Source: Macrostomum lignano (taxonomy: Eukaryota). Taken from it: a stretch of DNA of 64,000 bases. The notes under the pieces are model-generated. The model made no database searches. It was not told where the DNA came from and saw only the letters and a list, made by a program, of their open reading frames with translations. This document shows positions 24,501 through 35,400 of this stretch, one piece after another. The DNA is taken from contig NIVC01000424.1 in NCBI GenBank assembly GCA_002269645.1, positions 186,001 through 250,000 of the forward strand, written 5' to 3'. Each line of letters starts with the position of its first letter. The first letter of the stretch is position 1. Made by a program: the position numbers and the translations under genes.

Positions 24501-26685
24501 AGAGGGAGAGGGCGTAGAGGGAGAGGGCGGAGAGGGAGAGGGTGGAGACGAAGAGGGCGGAGAGGGAGAGGGCAAAGAGGGAGAGGGCGGAGAGGGAGAG
24601 GGCGGAGAGGGAGAGGGCAAAGAGGGAGAGGGCGGAGAGAGAGAGGGCGGAGAGGGAGAGGGCAAAGAGGGAGAGGGCGGAGAGAGAGAGGGTGGAGAGG
24701 GAGAGGGCGGAGAGAAAGAGGGCGAGAGGGAGAGGGCAAAGAGGGAGAGGGCGGAGAGGGAGAGGGCGGAGAGGGAGAGGGCGGAGAGGGAGAGGGCGGA
24801 GAGAGAGAGCGGAGAGAGAGAGGGCGGAGAGAGAGAGGGCGGAGAGAGAGAGGGCGGAGAGAGAGAGGGCGGAGAGGGAGAGGGCGGAGAGGGAGAGGGC
24901 GGAGAGAGAGAGGGCGGAGAGAGAGAGAGGAGAGAGAGAGGGCGGAGTGAGAGAGGGTGGAAAGGGAGAGGGCGGAGAGGGAGAGGGTGGAGTGGAGAGG
25001 GAGAGGGTGGAGTGGAGAGGGTGGAGAGGGAGAGGGTGGAGACGAAGAGGGCGGAGAGGGAGAGGGTGGAGACGAAGAGGGCGGAGAGGGAGAGGGTGGA
25101 GACGAAGAGGGCGGAGAGGGAGAGGGCAAAGAGGGAGAGGGCGGAGAGGGAGAGGGCGGAGAGGGAGAGGGCAAAGAGGGAGAGGGCGGAGAGGGAGAGG
25201 GCGGAGAGGGAGAGGGCGGAGAGAGAGAGGGCGGAGAGAGAGAGGGCGGAGAGAGAGAGCGGAGAGAGAGAGGGCGGAGAGAGAGAGGGCGGAGAGAGAG
25301 AGGGCGGAGAGAGAGAGGGCGGAGAGGGAGAGGGCGGAGAGGGAGAGGGCGGAGAGAGAGAGGGCGGAGAGAGAGAGCGGAGAGAGAGAGGGCGGAGAGA
25401 GAGAGGGCGGAGAGAGAGAGGGTGGAAAGGGAGAGGGCGGAGAGGGAGAGGGTGGAGTGGAGAGGGAGAGGGTGGAGTGGAGAGGGTGGAGAGGGAGAGG
25501 GTGGAGACGAAGAGGGCGGAGAGGGAGAGGGTGGAGACGAAGAGGGCGGAGAGGGAGAGGGTGGAGACGAAGAGGGCGGAGAGGGAGAGGGCAAAGAGGG
25601 AGAGGGCGGAGAGGGAGAGGGCGGAGAGGGAGAGGGCAAAGAGGGAGAGGGCGGAGAGAGAGAGGGCGGAGAGAGAGAGCGGAGAGAGAGAGGGCGGAGA
25701 GAGAGAGGGCGGAGAGAGAGAGGGCGGAGAGAGAGCGGAGAGAGAGAGGGCGGAGAGAGAGAGGGCGGAGAGAGAGAGGGTGGAAAGGGAGAGGGCGGAG
25801 AGGGAGAGGGTGGAGTGGAGAGGGTGGAGAGGGAGAGGGTGGAGACGAAGAGGGCGGAGAGGGAGAGGGCAAAGAGGGAGAGGGCGGAGAGGGAGAGGGC
25901 GGAGAGAAAGAGGGCGGAGAGGGAGAGGGCGGAGAGGGAGAGGGCAAAGAGGGAGAGGGCGGAGAGAGAGAGGGCGGAGAGGGAGAGGGCAAAGAGGGAG
26001 AGGGCGGAGAGAGAGAGGGCGGATAGGGAGAGGGCAAAGAGAGAGAGGGCGGAGAGAGAGAGGGCGGAGAGAGAGAGGGCGGAGAGAGAGAGGGCGGAAA
26101 GGGAGAGGGCGGAGAGGGAGAGGGTGGAGTGGAGAGGGAGAGGGTAAAGAGGGAGAGGGCGGAGAGGGAGAGGGTGAAGAGGGAAAGGTTAGAGTGTAGA
26201 GGGAGAGAGAGAGGGAGACAGCAGAGTCTCAGAGAGGCAGAGAGCGGAGCGCAGTGGGGAAGCGAAAGGATGCCAGAGACCTGGTGTCCAGGTTATTCCG
26301 CAGCCGACCAGTCGGCATTCCCATCCCACGGCAAACCGCCCCCCCCCGTGCCCAGGTGAGCTCCCCGTCCAGCCTGCGCGACTCCGAGTGGGCGAGCCAA
26401 CGGTGCGCCATCAGCTTCGACACCGCCGGCGTCTGGCCGGAGGGCGCTGACGGCACGGACATCAACGCCAGCGACCGCAGCTTCGACCGTCAGCTGGTAG
26501 CCACCGGGGACGATTTCGGCCAGGTGTGCCTCTACAGGTATCCCTGTTTCCAGCCTCGGTCGAAGGGCCACGCCGCGGCCGGGCACTCCAGTCACGTGAC
26601 CAATGTGCGGTTCCTGCGAGACAGCTCTAGGCTGCTGTCCACAGGAGGCAAGGACACCGCCGTGTTGCAGTGGGAGATCGCCTAA
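12509..26685 (+). CDS. EML: Echinoderm microtubule-associated protein-like (EML1-4/EMAP type), multi-exon
   Basis: Exons with GT/AG ends and consistent phase: 12509-12548, 13952-14101 (coiled coil [31 protein letters not shown]), 15783-16053, 16533-16625, 19064-19089, 20873-21225 (HELP motif [17 protein letters not shown]), 21650-21982, 22660-22953, 23466-23512 (or from 23374), 24148-24356, 26356-26685 ([11 protein letters not shown]...[10 protein letters not shown]). About 110 aa appear to be missing between 22953 and 23466. Confidence 0.93.
12614..13310. repeat. 16-bp minisatellite (CGAAATTTCATGAACT), about 44 units, in EML intron 1
   Basis: Direct tandem repeat; the unit contains palindromes GAAATTTC, TTCATGAA and TCGA and a perfect nGAAnnTTCnnGAAn element. 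Confidence 0.97.
13755..13905. repeat. About 23-bp GA-rich repeat (CTAGGAGAGAGCGGAGAGAGAGA)
   Basis: CTAGG recurs at 21-23 bp spacing, about 7 copies. Confidence 0.9.
14270..14520. repeat. GA-rich low-complexity / 28-bp repeat in EML intron 2
   Basis: AGAAGAGATATATGAGAGGGAGAG units. Confidence 0.85.
15288..15368. promoter_or_regulatory. E-box pair plus CCAAT cluster in EML intron 2
   Basis: GTCACGTG at 15288, palindromic GTCACGTGAC at 15345, CCAAT at 15364. Confidence 0.4.
15604..15732. repeat. 39-bp repeat, about 3.3 copies
   Basis: CCAATGTACATT recurs at 15604, 15643, 15682 and 15720. Confidence 0.9.
16533..16625 (+). CDS. EML: EML 93-nt symmetric (phase 2-2) exon, [30 protein letters not shown]
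   Basis: TTCAG acceptor, GTAAAC donor, open frame, phase fits both neighbours. Confidence 0.65.
16927..18925. repeat. 22-bp minisatellite (ACAGGCTGTAACAGAATGTGCA), about 90 copies
   Basis: Direct tandem repeat with point variants; source of the three 660-700 aa minus-strand ORFs. Confidence 0.99.
19064..19089 (+). CDS. EML: EML 26-nt microexon (NKEPVWVK)
   Basis: TTTCAG|AAACAAGGAACCAGTGTGGGTTAAGG|GTGAGT; converts phase 2 to phase 1 as required and gives [19 protein letters not shown], matching EML1 KEPVFSAEEGYVKMFLRGR as recalled. Confidence 0.85.
19540..19880. repeat. 21-bp minisatellite (CTGTCTGTGTCAGTTCTATTC)
   Basis: Direct tandem repeat, about 16 copies. Confidence 0.95.
20225..20745. 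repeat. 15-bp CT-rich minisatellite (CCCCTCTCTCCTCT[A/G])
   Basis: Direct tandem repeat. Confidence 0.96.
21255..21612. repeat. 32-bp minisatellite (GACCTCATCTCTATCACGAACACTAGGGTCAT)
   Basis: About 11 copies in an EML intron. Confidence 0.93.
22055..22562. repeat. ATCCCAGATCCC-based minisatellite (about 18-bp period)
   Basis: Recurring ATCCC/AGATCCC subunits in an EML intron. Confidence 0.93.
22990..23365. repeat. Degenerate T-rich repeat (GTAGTGTACTTTTAG / GTACATTTT)
   Basis: About 28-30 bp periodicity; occupies the intron where the missing EML exon(s) would lie. Confidence 0.8.
23513..23830. repeat. 11-bp minisatellite (GGGGTGAGACT) starting at the splice donor
   Basis: The first unit is the intron's own G|GTGAGACT donor. 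Confidence 0.93.
23850..24128. repeat. 19-bp minisatellite (CAGACTGGCAYAGGCTACT), largely alternating C/T dimers
   Basis: Direct tandem repeat, about 14 copies. Confidence 0.95.
24400..26230. repeat. GA-rich 15-bp minisatellite (GGAGAGGGAGAGGGC) with internal block duplication
   Basis: Fills the last EML intron; source of the R/E/G- and P/S/L-rich ORFs. Confidence 0.97.
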
Positions 26686-27384
26686 CAGCATCTGGACTGC
26701 TGAATCAAGGACTTCTAATTGATAATAGAAATGTGGAATAGAAAGCTTTAATCAGTTGTAAAACTAGTCGCATGTAACAGTAAAACTTTTCTCCTTGAAA
26801 ACGCGTTGATTCGGTTATTGGCTCTGCTAAGCTTATCCTATTTAGCAATTTCTCTTGAACTTTAAACTTCAATTTTTATTTCGATGATTAAGAAAAGAAT
26901 ACTGAGACTGTTTCTCAGCTGGTTTTTTGTCGATTTCGAAATTTCCTAACTTCGATATGTGATTGATTTTCGCAACTGACTACTAACTAACCCCACGGAG
27001 CAGTAGGACGTTAGTAATATTGCAGCTGATTTTTATTCATATAGTTTTGTCGCGTCGGTTTGCAGCTGTCTGTGCTAAAACTGTCCTTTCCTCTTGGAAT
27101 TTATCACCTGCAGCTGATGCCCCATCCGCAATTTTAATCCTAATTATCATTTTATTATTACCTGCATATACTACTGCAGCTTAAGTAGTTTCTCAACCTA
27201 TAAGCTTAGAATATTGAGCGTTTAATATTCTCAATGTCTATAGTATAATAAACATTTATCGCAATACTTGCTTCTCTGCCGCCTGAGCTGCACCCCGATT
27301 CTGGACCCCGAGCTCGCACGCCCTTGAAGCTTTTGGCTTCCAATTTTTGCTTGGGAATTTTCCACCTGATGTGAGGAGCAAGAA

Positions 27385-28262
27385 ATAAGCGGAGAGAAGC
27401 AGATAGGGAGAAGTAGACGTAAGTAGGGCAAAGTAGATAGGAAGAATTGTAGACGAGGAGAAGTAGACAGGAAGAAGTCGACAGAGAGAAGTAGGCAGGA
27501 AGAAGTTGATAGAAAGAATTAAACAGGAAGAAGTAGACAGAAGAAAGTAGGCAAGGAGAAGTAGGTAGGGAGCAGTAGACAGAGAGAAGTTGATAGAAAG
27601 AAGTAGACAGGAAGAAGGAAAAAGTAGACATGAAGAAGTAGGAAGGGAGAAGTAGACATGAAGAAGTAGGAAGGGAGAAGTAGACATGAAGAAGTAGGTA
27701 GGGAGAAGTAGACAGGAAGAAGTTAGTAGAAAGAAGTAGGCAGGAAGAAGTAGGCAGGCAGAAGTAGGTAGGGAGCAGTAGACAGAGAGAAGTTGATAGA
27801 AAGAAGTAGACAGGAAGAAGGAAAAAGTAGACATGAAGAAGTAGGAAGGGAGAAGTAGACATGAAGAAGTAGGAAGGGAGAAGTAGACATGAAGAAGTAG
27901 GAAGGGAGAAGTAGACATGAAGAAGTAGGCAGGAAGAAGTTGATAGAAAGAATTAAACAGGAAGAAGTAGACAGAAGAAAGTAGGCAAGGAGAAGTAGGT
28001 AGGGAGCAGTAGACAGAGAGAAGTTGATAGAAAGAAGTAGACAGGAAGAAGGAAAAAGTAGACATGAAGAAGTAGGAAGGGAGAAGTAGACATGAAGAAG
28101 TAGGAAGGGAGAAGTAGACATGAAGAAGTAGGAAGGGAGAAGTAGACATGAAGAAGTAGGTAGGGAGAAGTAGACAGGAAGAAGTTAGTAGAAAGAAGTA
28201 GGCAGGAAGAAGTAGGCAGGCAGAAGTAGGCAGGGAGAAGTAGACAGGAAGAAGACAGAGAG
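27385..28262. repeat. Purine-rich repeat with GAAGTAG core and larger duplicated blocks
   Basis: AGAAGTAG recurs throughout; lies between the convergent EML and bZIP 3' ends. Confidence 0.92.
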
Positions 28263-29178
28263 ATATAAAGGTAGGATAATTGAACATTTAACACAAAAAC
28301 TGCATATTAACAATCCTATATCGCTAAAAATATCAGTATTAGCAATCGCAAGCAAGTGTCATTGACTCCGATATGTTAGCTCAACAATATCGAGATGTAT
28401 TGAAATTAGTTAAATAAATATACATAATAATTCATTAACAAGTCCTCGCATGTTTCGGATAAATTTAAGCAGGTTTGTGTATAAGGAAAGTCTCTGGGAA
28501 CATGTGCGGGAAACTTAATTTACGAACAAACAAAAGCCTTGACAACAAACAAACAAACCAACTTTAGAGGTAGAAATTCGAAATGATCACAACATCAAAA
28601 AGAATGCGTTGAGCCTCGTGCGGTATTCACTGGGACTGACAATTGACCTGAGAGAATGGGAAGTAATCAGTTTGATTGACCGGTTCAGTTTCTGAATTGA
28701 AGAAGATTATTTCTACCAAAAAATCAAGCTTGGCAGTTGATAAACAAAATTAGGGACAACAGTCAAAAATGGCTGAGCAGGGTTTGCGAACGCTTTTTTA
28801 AATAAATCCTGAGCTGAAAGCTTCTAGCAAAGTTTGTTTAAATATTAAATAAAAGAAACTTGCACCAATTTGAATCGCTGAATCGGGGACCAATGCATGT
28901 ACATATGGAAAGGAATAGAAAATAAAAGACGCTGAGCTTTAATGAATTCAACAAAATCAGAGTTAGTGCAACTCTGTACGTTAAAGTAAAAATTACACGC
29001 GTCAGAAAATGCTTTCCGCTAAAAATATCTTATTTCGACACTTTCATATTGACAAATTTAAAATCTTAAGAGAAATAAACTCAAACTATGCTACTGACTC
29101 CGGCAGTGGTCAGTAGTGTAGTTAGGAAAGTGGGAATATTAATCGGTAGCGAGGGCTGAGTCATGCATGCCACAGCGG

Positions 29179-30303
29179 TCACCGGAGCCCGGAGTGCTTG
29201 CGCAGCAGCTCTCTCAGCGAGTTGGCCTCCTCCCTCAGCGAGGCCATCTGGGCCTTCAGCACGGCGTTCTCCTTCTCCAGGAAGCTCGCCCGAACGGCGA
29301 TCTCGTCTTCGCGGTGCTTGCGCGCGTCGCGAGACTTTTTCGCTGCCTCGTTGTTTCGTTTGCGCCGTTCAAAGTACTTAATGTCTTTCTGACTGTCCGG
29401 CACCGGACGCTTGTCCGGGCGGGAGCCGCGACCGCCTGAGGCTGGCGGCGAGCAGCTGCTGCTTTTGCTGCTGCCGCTGTTGGCGGGTGGCGGCGGCGGT
29501 GGCGGAGGCGGTGGCGGTGGCGGCGGCGGCAGCTGATTTGGTGGCGTGGCGCCTTTCGTCACGAGTCCACCGGTGGCCGCGGAGTGATAGACGGTCGATG
29601 ACACGCCCGACAGGCCGTCGCCAAGTGGCTGATGGCACAGCGGGAGGTAGGAAGCGAATGGCGGCTTCAGCTGCTGCTGTTGCTGCTGTTGAGGCTGCTC
29701 TGTCGATAGGCCTTGCTGATGAGGCGGCATCGGCGGGAGTGGCGGCTGCAGGTGATGATGCTGAGTCAGGTGATGCGGATGCTGATGCCGACTACTCACA
29801 GTCAAGTCGTACATGCTCGGCTGCAGGTTATAGTGCTGCTGCTGCTGCTGGTGCTGAGGCTGAGAATGCAGATGATGCAGCTGATGGTGCTGCTGCTGCG
29901 GATGCTGAGGAGGCGATGACTGCAAACTGTTCAGCCCACCGCCGTAGTCTTGAAATGCTGAGCTGAGCATCGGCTGATGATGATGCTGGTGATGCTGAGA
30001 AAGCAGCGAGCTGCCGGGGCTCCAAGAACTGCCCTGCAGGTAGCAGCCGCTGTTGCTAACCAGCTCGGTTGCCGGGGGCGGGTACCGATTGGTTATGCCC
30101 GGGTAGGAACTGCCGCTGCTGTGGAGTGGCGGTGAGACTGAACAGTCAAGATCAAGGAGGTCTTTCTTGGCGACAGAGTCGTTGGCGGTAGATGTTACTG
30201 CAGTCACGGCTGCTGAAGTTGTCGACGCTGATGACACGGTCGATGGCACCGTCAGCTGAGTGAGCCTCGCCGTGGCCGCCACCTGTGAGACCAGACTGTT
30301 CAT
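29179..30303 (-). CDS. Intronless PAR-family / giant-like bZIP transcription factor (374 aa)
   Basis: C-terminal [61 protein letters not shown] matches PAR-bZIP (TEF/HLF/Pdp1) and giant basic-zipper regions; polyQ/H and polyP N-terminal part; GCCATG context. Confidence 0.9.
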   Translation of the reverse strand: MNSLVSQVAATARLTQLTVPSTVSSASTTSAAVTAVTSTANDSVAKKDLLDLDCSVSPPLHSSGSSYPGITNRYPPPATELVSNSGCYLQGSSWSPGSSLLSQHHQHHHQPMLSSAFQDYGGGLNSLQSSPPQHPQQQHHQLHHLHSQPQHQQQQQHYNLQPSMYDLTVSSRHQHPHHLTQHHHLQPPLPPMPPHQQGLSTEQPQQQQQQQLKPPFASYLPLCHQPLGDGLSGVSSTVYHSAATGGLVTKGATPPNQLPPPPPPPPPPPPPPPANSGSSKSSSCSPPASGGRGSRPDKRPVPDSQKDIKYFERRKRNNEAAKKSRDARKHREDEIAVRASFLEKENAVLKAQMASLREEANSLRELLRKHSGLR

Positions 30304-30486
30304 GGCGGTGACTGGCGCTGAAGTGCAGGCCGAACTGGTGGCGAGACGACGGAGAATGAAAATTATCTTGCTGCATTATGGCTCAGATCCAGGCAACGAT
30401 TTTCTCTTGATGCAAGTTGTCGGACCTAAACTATACGAGAACTCAGAATCCAACCCAGCTTTTGTATCAACTTCGGTAGTCAGTCA

Positions 30487-30856
30487 GTTACGTAAGCCTG
30501 TCTTTATCAGTCCCAGACTATGTGCATGAATGAGATAATTGGAAAACTGGAAACACTGATGACCGAATAAGAAAGAATTTCAATCGCAGACGGATCGAGG
30601 TGGTTGCCTTTAAAAGCGAGAGAAATTTATATGGATCGGGCGAATTGTTGCATAACTCACTCACACACACACACGGTTGAAAGACTCGAAGATCACCGAA
30701 GGCAAGACTAAGGTGGACCAGTTTGCCTTGGTCCCCCCTCCCGGTGGCCCGGCCTGCTAGCAATGAATGCTCTGCTCCAATTGATGACGTAACTAACTAG
30801 TTAGGCTATAACTTTCAGGAGTCGCGGGCACACACACCACAGCGTGATGACGCAAT
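30487..30856. promoter_or_regulatory. Three bZIP-type sites upstream of the bZIP ATG
   Basis: GTTACGTAAG (30487), ATGACGTAAC (30784), ATGACGCAAT (30847). Confidence 0.5.
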
Positions 30857-32410
30857 CGGTTACCGCACACAACGCGCATGAAAGATGAGGCAGCCAAGGC
30901 TCCTTTGTCTGCTTTTTTATAATTATTCGCAAGAACTTATTTATTGCACTTACCTCACGCCTGGGATCTTTTACTACTGAAAATAACTGCTATTGAGTGC
31001 ATGTCAATTTTTTTTCGCATACGGTTTAGCTTCTGGTAGAATGCTGATCTTCTAGTCTAGTCCATCTAAATTTTCTTAGCTAAGCCATATATATGCAGTC
31101 TGCCGCTTCTGGCTGAATATACGGCGATGCCAATGTCGAGGGTAGGGAGAGAGAGAAAGAACTCTCACACCCCTCTCGCTCCTAGCTCTCCCCCGTGTTG
31201 AAGGAGAGGAGCTTCTAGCGGGATAGCTAAAGCAGATCGTTTGGGGGGGGGGCCGAGAGCCTGCTGACTGTGCGCAGGCCTGAAGCGCGTGGCCATGCTG
31301 GAATAGTGTGGCGACGCAGTTTAGTCAGGCCCGCACTCGTGCAGGGGGTTAGGGGAGGGGTGCGCAGCGCTAAGCAAGAGAACGAAGGGGTGCTGGGACG
31401 GAGGATGGGGTGGGTGAACCAGACAGTCACCCACCCCAATCTCTCAACCGACGCACAGATGTGGCCCCTTGTCAGTTCTCCAGTTGGGGTGGGGGTCGGG
31501 GGAGGGTGAAGGGCTGCCAGCTAGTGGGGTGGTGGGCGGGGGGCTCTGTCTGGTTTTGAGAGTTGTGGCGTGGCCCACGGACCGATTGCGCAACACAGGA
31601 GTTAGTCAGCCTAGGCGGGCGGTTTTCCAGTTGCAATCTGTAAACATTTTATCGTTATATCGCACGTTGCTGCAAAAACTACACTTGCTGTGAGTTCTTC
31701 AGAGGCCAAATACCAAAAACTGTTTAAAACATTAACTTTCCAAGAATTCAAATAAAGACCAAGCCAATCAATTCTGTAGCAAAAAAGAACAAATTTCTAT
31801 ATGCAACCCGTTAGATATTGTTCTGAAGAGACCCGAAAACTGTTGCAGTAAAGCGGGTTGCAAGCTTCGCAAGCAATTCAGTTATTTATTATTTAATTTC
31901 TGTTGATCAACAAAGTTGGAATTGCATATGATATAACAAGCAAGCAACGCACCGGAGATGGAAGCTTAGCCAATGTTATTAGAACTAGTCTAGAACTGAA
32001 CAACTTTTGTAATGAAGAAGAATTAAGGATAGATTATTTATTTAAAACAGAAGAAAACAACAATAGTCAGAGCAGCAAGAAGCTCACGAAAATGAATACA
32101 AAAAGCTGCGACAAAATTGGTAGAAGTTTATTAATTACGCTGGTAAATTACTTTTTGTTAGCCAACGAAAGATGGCCGCATTAAACAAAACTTAACAAAA
32201 TTATAGAAAAATTATATAACAGCATCTAACAAACTGTCGAGGCCAAGCATTATTTTCGAAGGCAATTTTGATTTTTAATTATATTATTAATAATAATAAT
32301 AATAGTAAGACGCAATAATAACAAAACAGACAATTACACACAGTTCGAGTTTAGGCTGCCCAGAAAAGCAATTTATTAGTTTATGTATTTTTTCGATACA
32401 TATCGGCGAC

Positions 32411-35400
32411 TCAATACTTGCCACCGCGCATGTAGCCGCGCCGGCCGCCCGGCCTGGCGCCGTAGGTGCTCCTAGGCTGGTGCAGCTGCTGCGACATCAT
32501 CTGCATGTGCATTTGCATGCTGTGCTGCATCTGCTGCTGCTGATGCGGATGCTGCAGATGCAGAGGATGGCCAAAACCGACAAAACTGAACCCGCCGGAG
32601 GCGGGAGCGCCAGTGTCCGTGAGCAGCGGCTGTTGCTGCTGCTGCTCAACGCCTGTAACTTCCGACAGCTTTTCAAAGTCGTCCACGTGCATCGACGGCG
32701 GTCTGGAGGTGTTCGGCGGTCGAGAACGGAACGCGTCGTTGACACCGCCGCCGCCGCCGCCGCCGCCCCCAGCACCGCCGCCGCCGCCACCGATACCTCC
32801 GCCGCCGACTCCACCGGGTCCGCCACCGCCGCCGCCTCCGCCAGGGCCACCAAAGCCAGTCCGGAGGCTGAACCCGCGACCTCGCATCGGGGCAACGAAG
32901 CGACGCTGCTGGCTGGTCTCAATGATGGCGTCAAGGCCTTGACGGCGCTGCTTATGCCTCACGGCCTCGTCGTCCGACTGTTGGCCGCCGCTGCCGCGTT
33001 CTAATTCGTCGATTAAGTTCAACGTTGGGCAGGTGGCTCTGGACAATGGTTAAAGTTTGTTTCGATACATATCGGCAATTTTTTGAGCCACCCTGCATCT
33101 AATAATTAATATACACACACAAAACTATATTTCGATACATATCGGCTTACTAAACTTAATAATGAACTAACCTAGCCAACTCATCGAGATCGCATCGCAA
33201 CATCTCGGGCTCTAATTCTGATTCGTCCGGAGCAGCTAATCCGAACCAATAATCCGATTGGAGTCGCTCCTCAGCCTCGGCCTGGTTGAACCCGGCGCTG
33301 GTGGTGAACACGGCTCTCTGCTGGAACACCACGGCCAATGGCTGCGGTTCAGGCAGCTCGGGTGGACGAGTCACAGCCGGTTCACCGTCTGGCGCCTGTT
33401 CCAGCATCTGAATTAAACTGTCCATGCTCTCCAATAGGCCTTCTAAACTGGTCTCATCTTTGACGTATTCGCACAGCAGGTGGTGCAGTTCGTACACCGT
33501 GTGCCGCTCCGGTTGAGTCTCGCTAGCCGGGCGCCAATCTAGCATAGTTTTCACTTCGCCAACTGTGACAGCTTGACTGCGCAGCGGCATGGCTTCGCCT
33601 TCGAGTGTTTCGGTTGTAATCATAGCTCGCAGTAGTTCAAGAGTAGTGAGAAGAGTGTTTAGACAGTCCGGGTTTTCTCTAGTAAACGTTTTGTTCACCC
33701 GGCGCATCAGGTTTAGAAATACTTCGCTGGAGTCCGCCACGCATCTGCGGAAGGTTGGTTTGGGTAATAAAAATAATAAAATCTGCTAATCGTCTACTGA
33801 CAGTAGAGATGTGGAAATATTGTCGCTATTTCAAAAAAGCTCTAGCTTCTAAATACATTGACGGCCTGTCTTAGTATCCATCTTAGCGCCCTACAGTGTC
33901 CCAGGTGTCTGTCTTAGTGCCTAATTTAGAGTCTACCTGTCTCTCTGCCTGTCTGTCTGCCTATCTGTCTGTCTCAATGTCTGTCTCTTAGCATCTGTCT
34001 AACTGCCTATCTCAGTGTCTGTCTCAGTGCCTGTCTCATTACCTGTCTCAGTGTCTGTTTTGCCTGTCTGTCCCAGTGTCTGTCTCAGTGTCTGTCTCAG
34101 TGTCTGTCCCAGTGTCTGTCTGAGTGTCTATCCCAGTGTCTATCCCAGTGTCTATCCCAGTGTCTGTCTCAGTGTCTATCCCAGTGTCTGTCTGAGTGTC
34201 TGTCCCAGTGTCTATCCCAGTGTCTGTCTCAGTGTCTATCCCAGTGTCTGTCTCAGTGTCTGTCTGAGTGTCTGTCTCAGTGTCTATCCCAGTGTCTGTC
34301 TCAGTATCTGCCTCAGTGTCTGTCTAGTAGCTGTCACCCGCAGGCCACACAACCGCAATGGGCACTCACTGCTTGACCAGACAGAAGCCGGCATCGTGTT
34401 CGGTGAGCAGCACCAGCACCTTCAGGCACAGGTGCACCGTGGCCAACTCGCTAGTCGGCTCTTTGACGTGACGGAACACGGCCTCAGCGGCTGAAGCCAG
34501 CTGCTCAGATGGCGGGATGCAGTTGGCCAGAGTCTGCCAGGTGATTCGCTGACGGCCGGATTTGGTCAGCGGCATCTCCAGAGCGATGCTCGGGTCCAGC
34601 AGAGACACCAGACAGCCAATCAGCTGCTCCTGACAGCGCATCAGCTGGTCCGGCACCAGGCTGGCTGATAGAAGGCGCTGCGGATCGCGGTTTGGGATTT
34701 AAAGTTTATTTTCACATTTGGGATTTGAGTACATATTGACAGAGTTGGGATTTGAGTCCATTCTGACAGGATTGGGATTTGAGTCAATTTTGACACATTT
34801 GGGATTTGAGTCAATTTTGACACATTTGGGATTTAAGTCCATTTTGACACATTTGGGATTTGAGTTCATTTTGAGACATTTGAGATTTGAGTCCATTTTG
34901 ACACAGTTGGGATTTGAGTCAATTTTGACACATTTGGGATTTGAGTCCATTCTGACACGTTTGGGATTTGAGTCAATTTTGACACATTTGGGATTTGAGT
35001 CCCATTTGACAGAATTGGGATTTGAGTCAATTTTGACACATTCGGGATTTGAGTTCATTTTTAAACAGTTATGATTTGACTCCATCTTGACGCATTTGGG
35101 ATTTGAGTCAATTTTGACACATTTAGAATTTGAGTCCCAATAGAACACAGTTGGGATTTGAGCCCCAATAGGACACATTTCAGATTTGAGTCCATCTTGA
35201 CACATTTGGGATTTGAGTCCATTTTGACACATTTGGGATTTGAGTCCATTTTGACACAAGAGTCCAAACCTTGGCGATGATGTAGAAATCCCTAGCACAC
35301 AAAGGAGCAGGATTAGCAGCAGCATTGGCAGCAGTGAACACTGAGGTCTGCGGCGGCGGCGGCTCCATAGCCAGTCGAAGGAAAGCCAGTTTAACAGATG

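Noticed and set aside
24304-26199. Long RE/RG/EG-rich and P/S/L-rich ORFs
   Set aside because: A GA-rich array that lacks stops by composition; it lies between bona fide EML splice sites.
27206-28294. Hydrophobic membrane-like ORFs
   Set aside because: Antisense reading of the GAAGTAG purine repeat.
31802-31862. 9-bp inverted repeat TGCAACCCG...CGGGTTGCA
   Set aside because: Short stem with a 43-nt loop, compatible with chance; no TSD.
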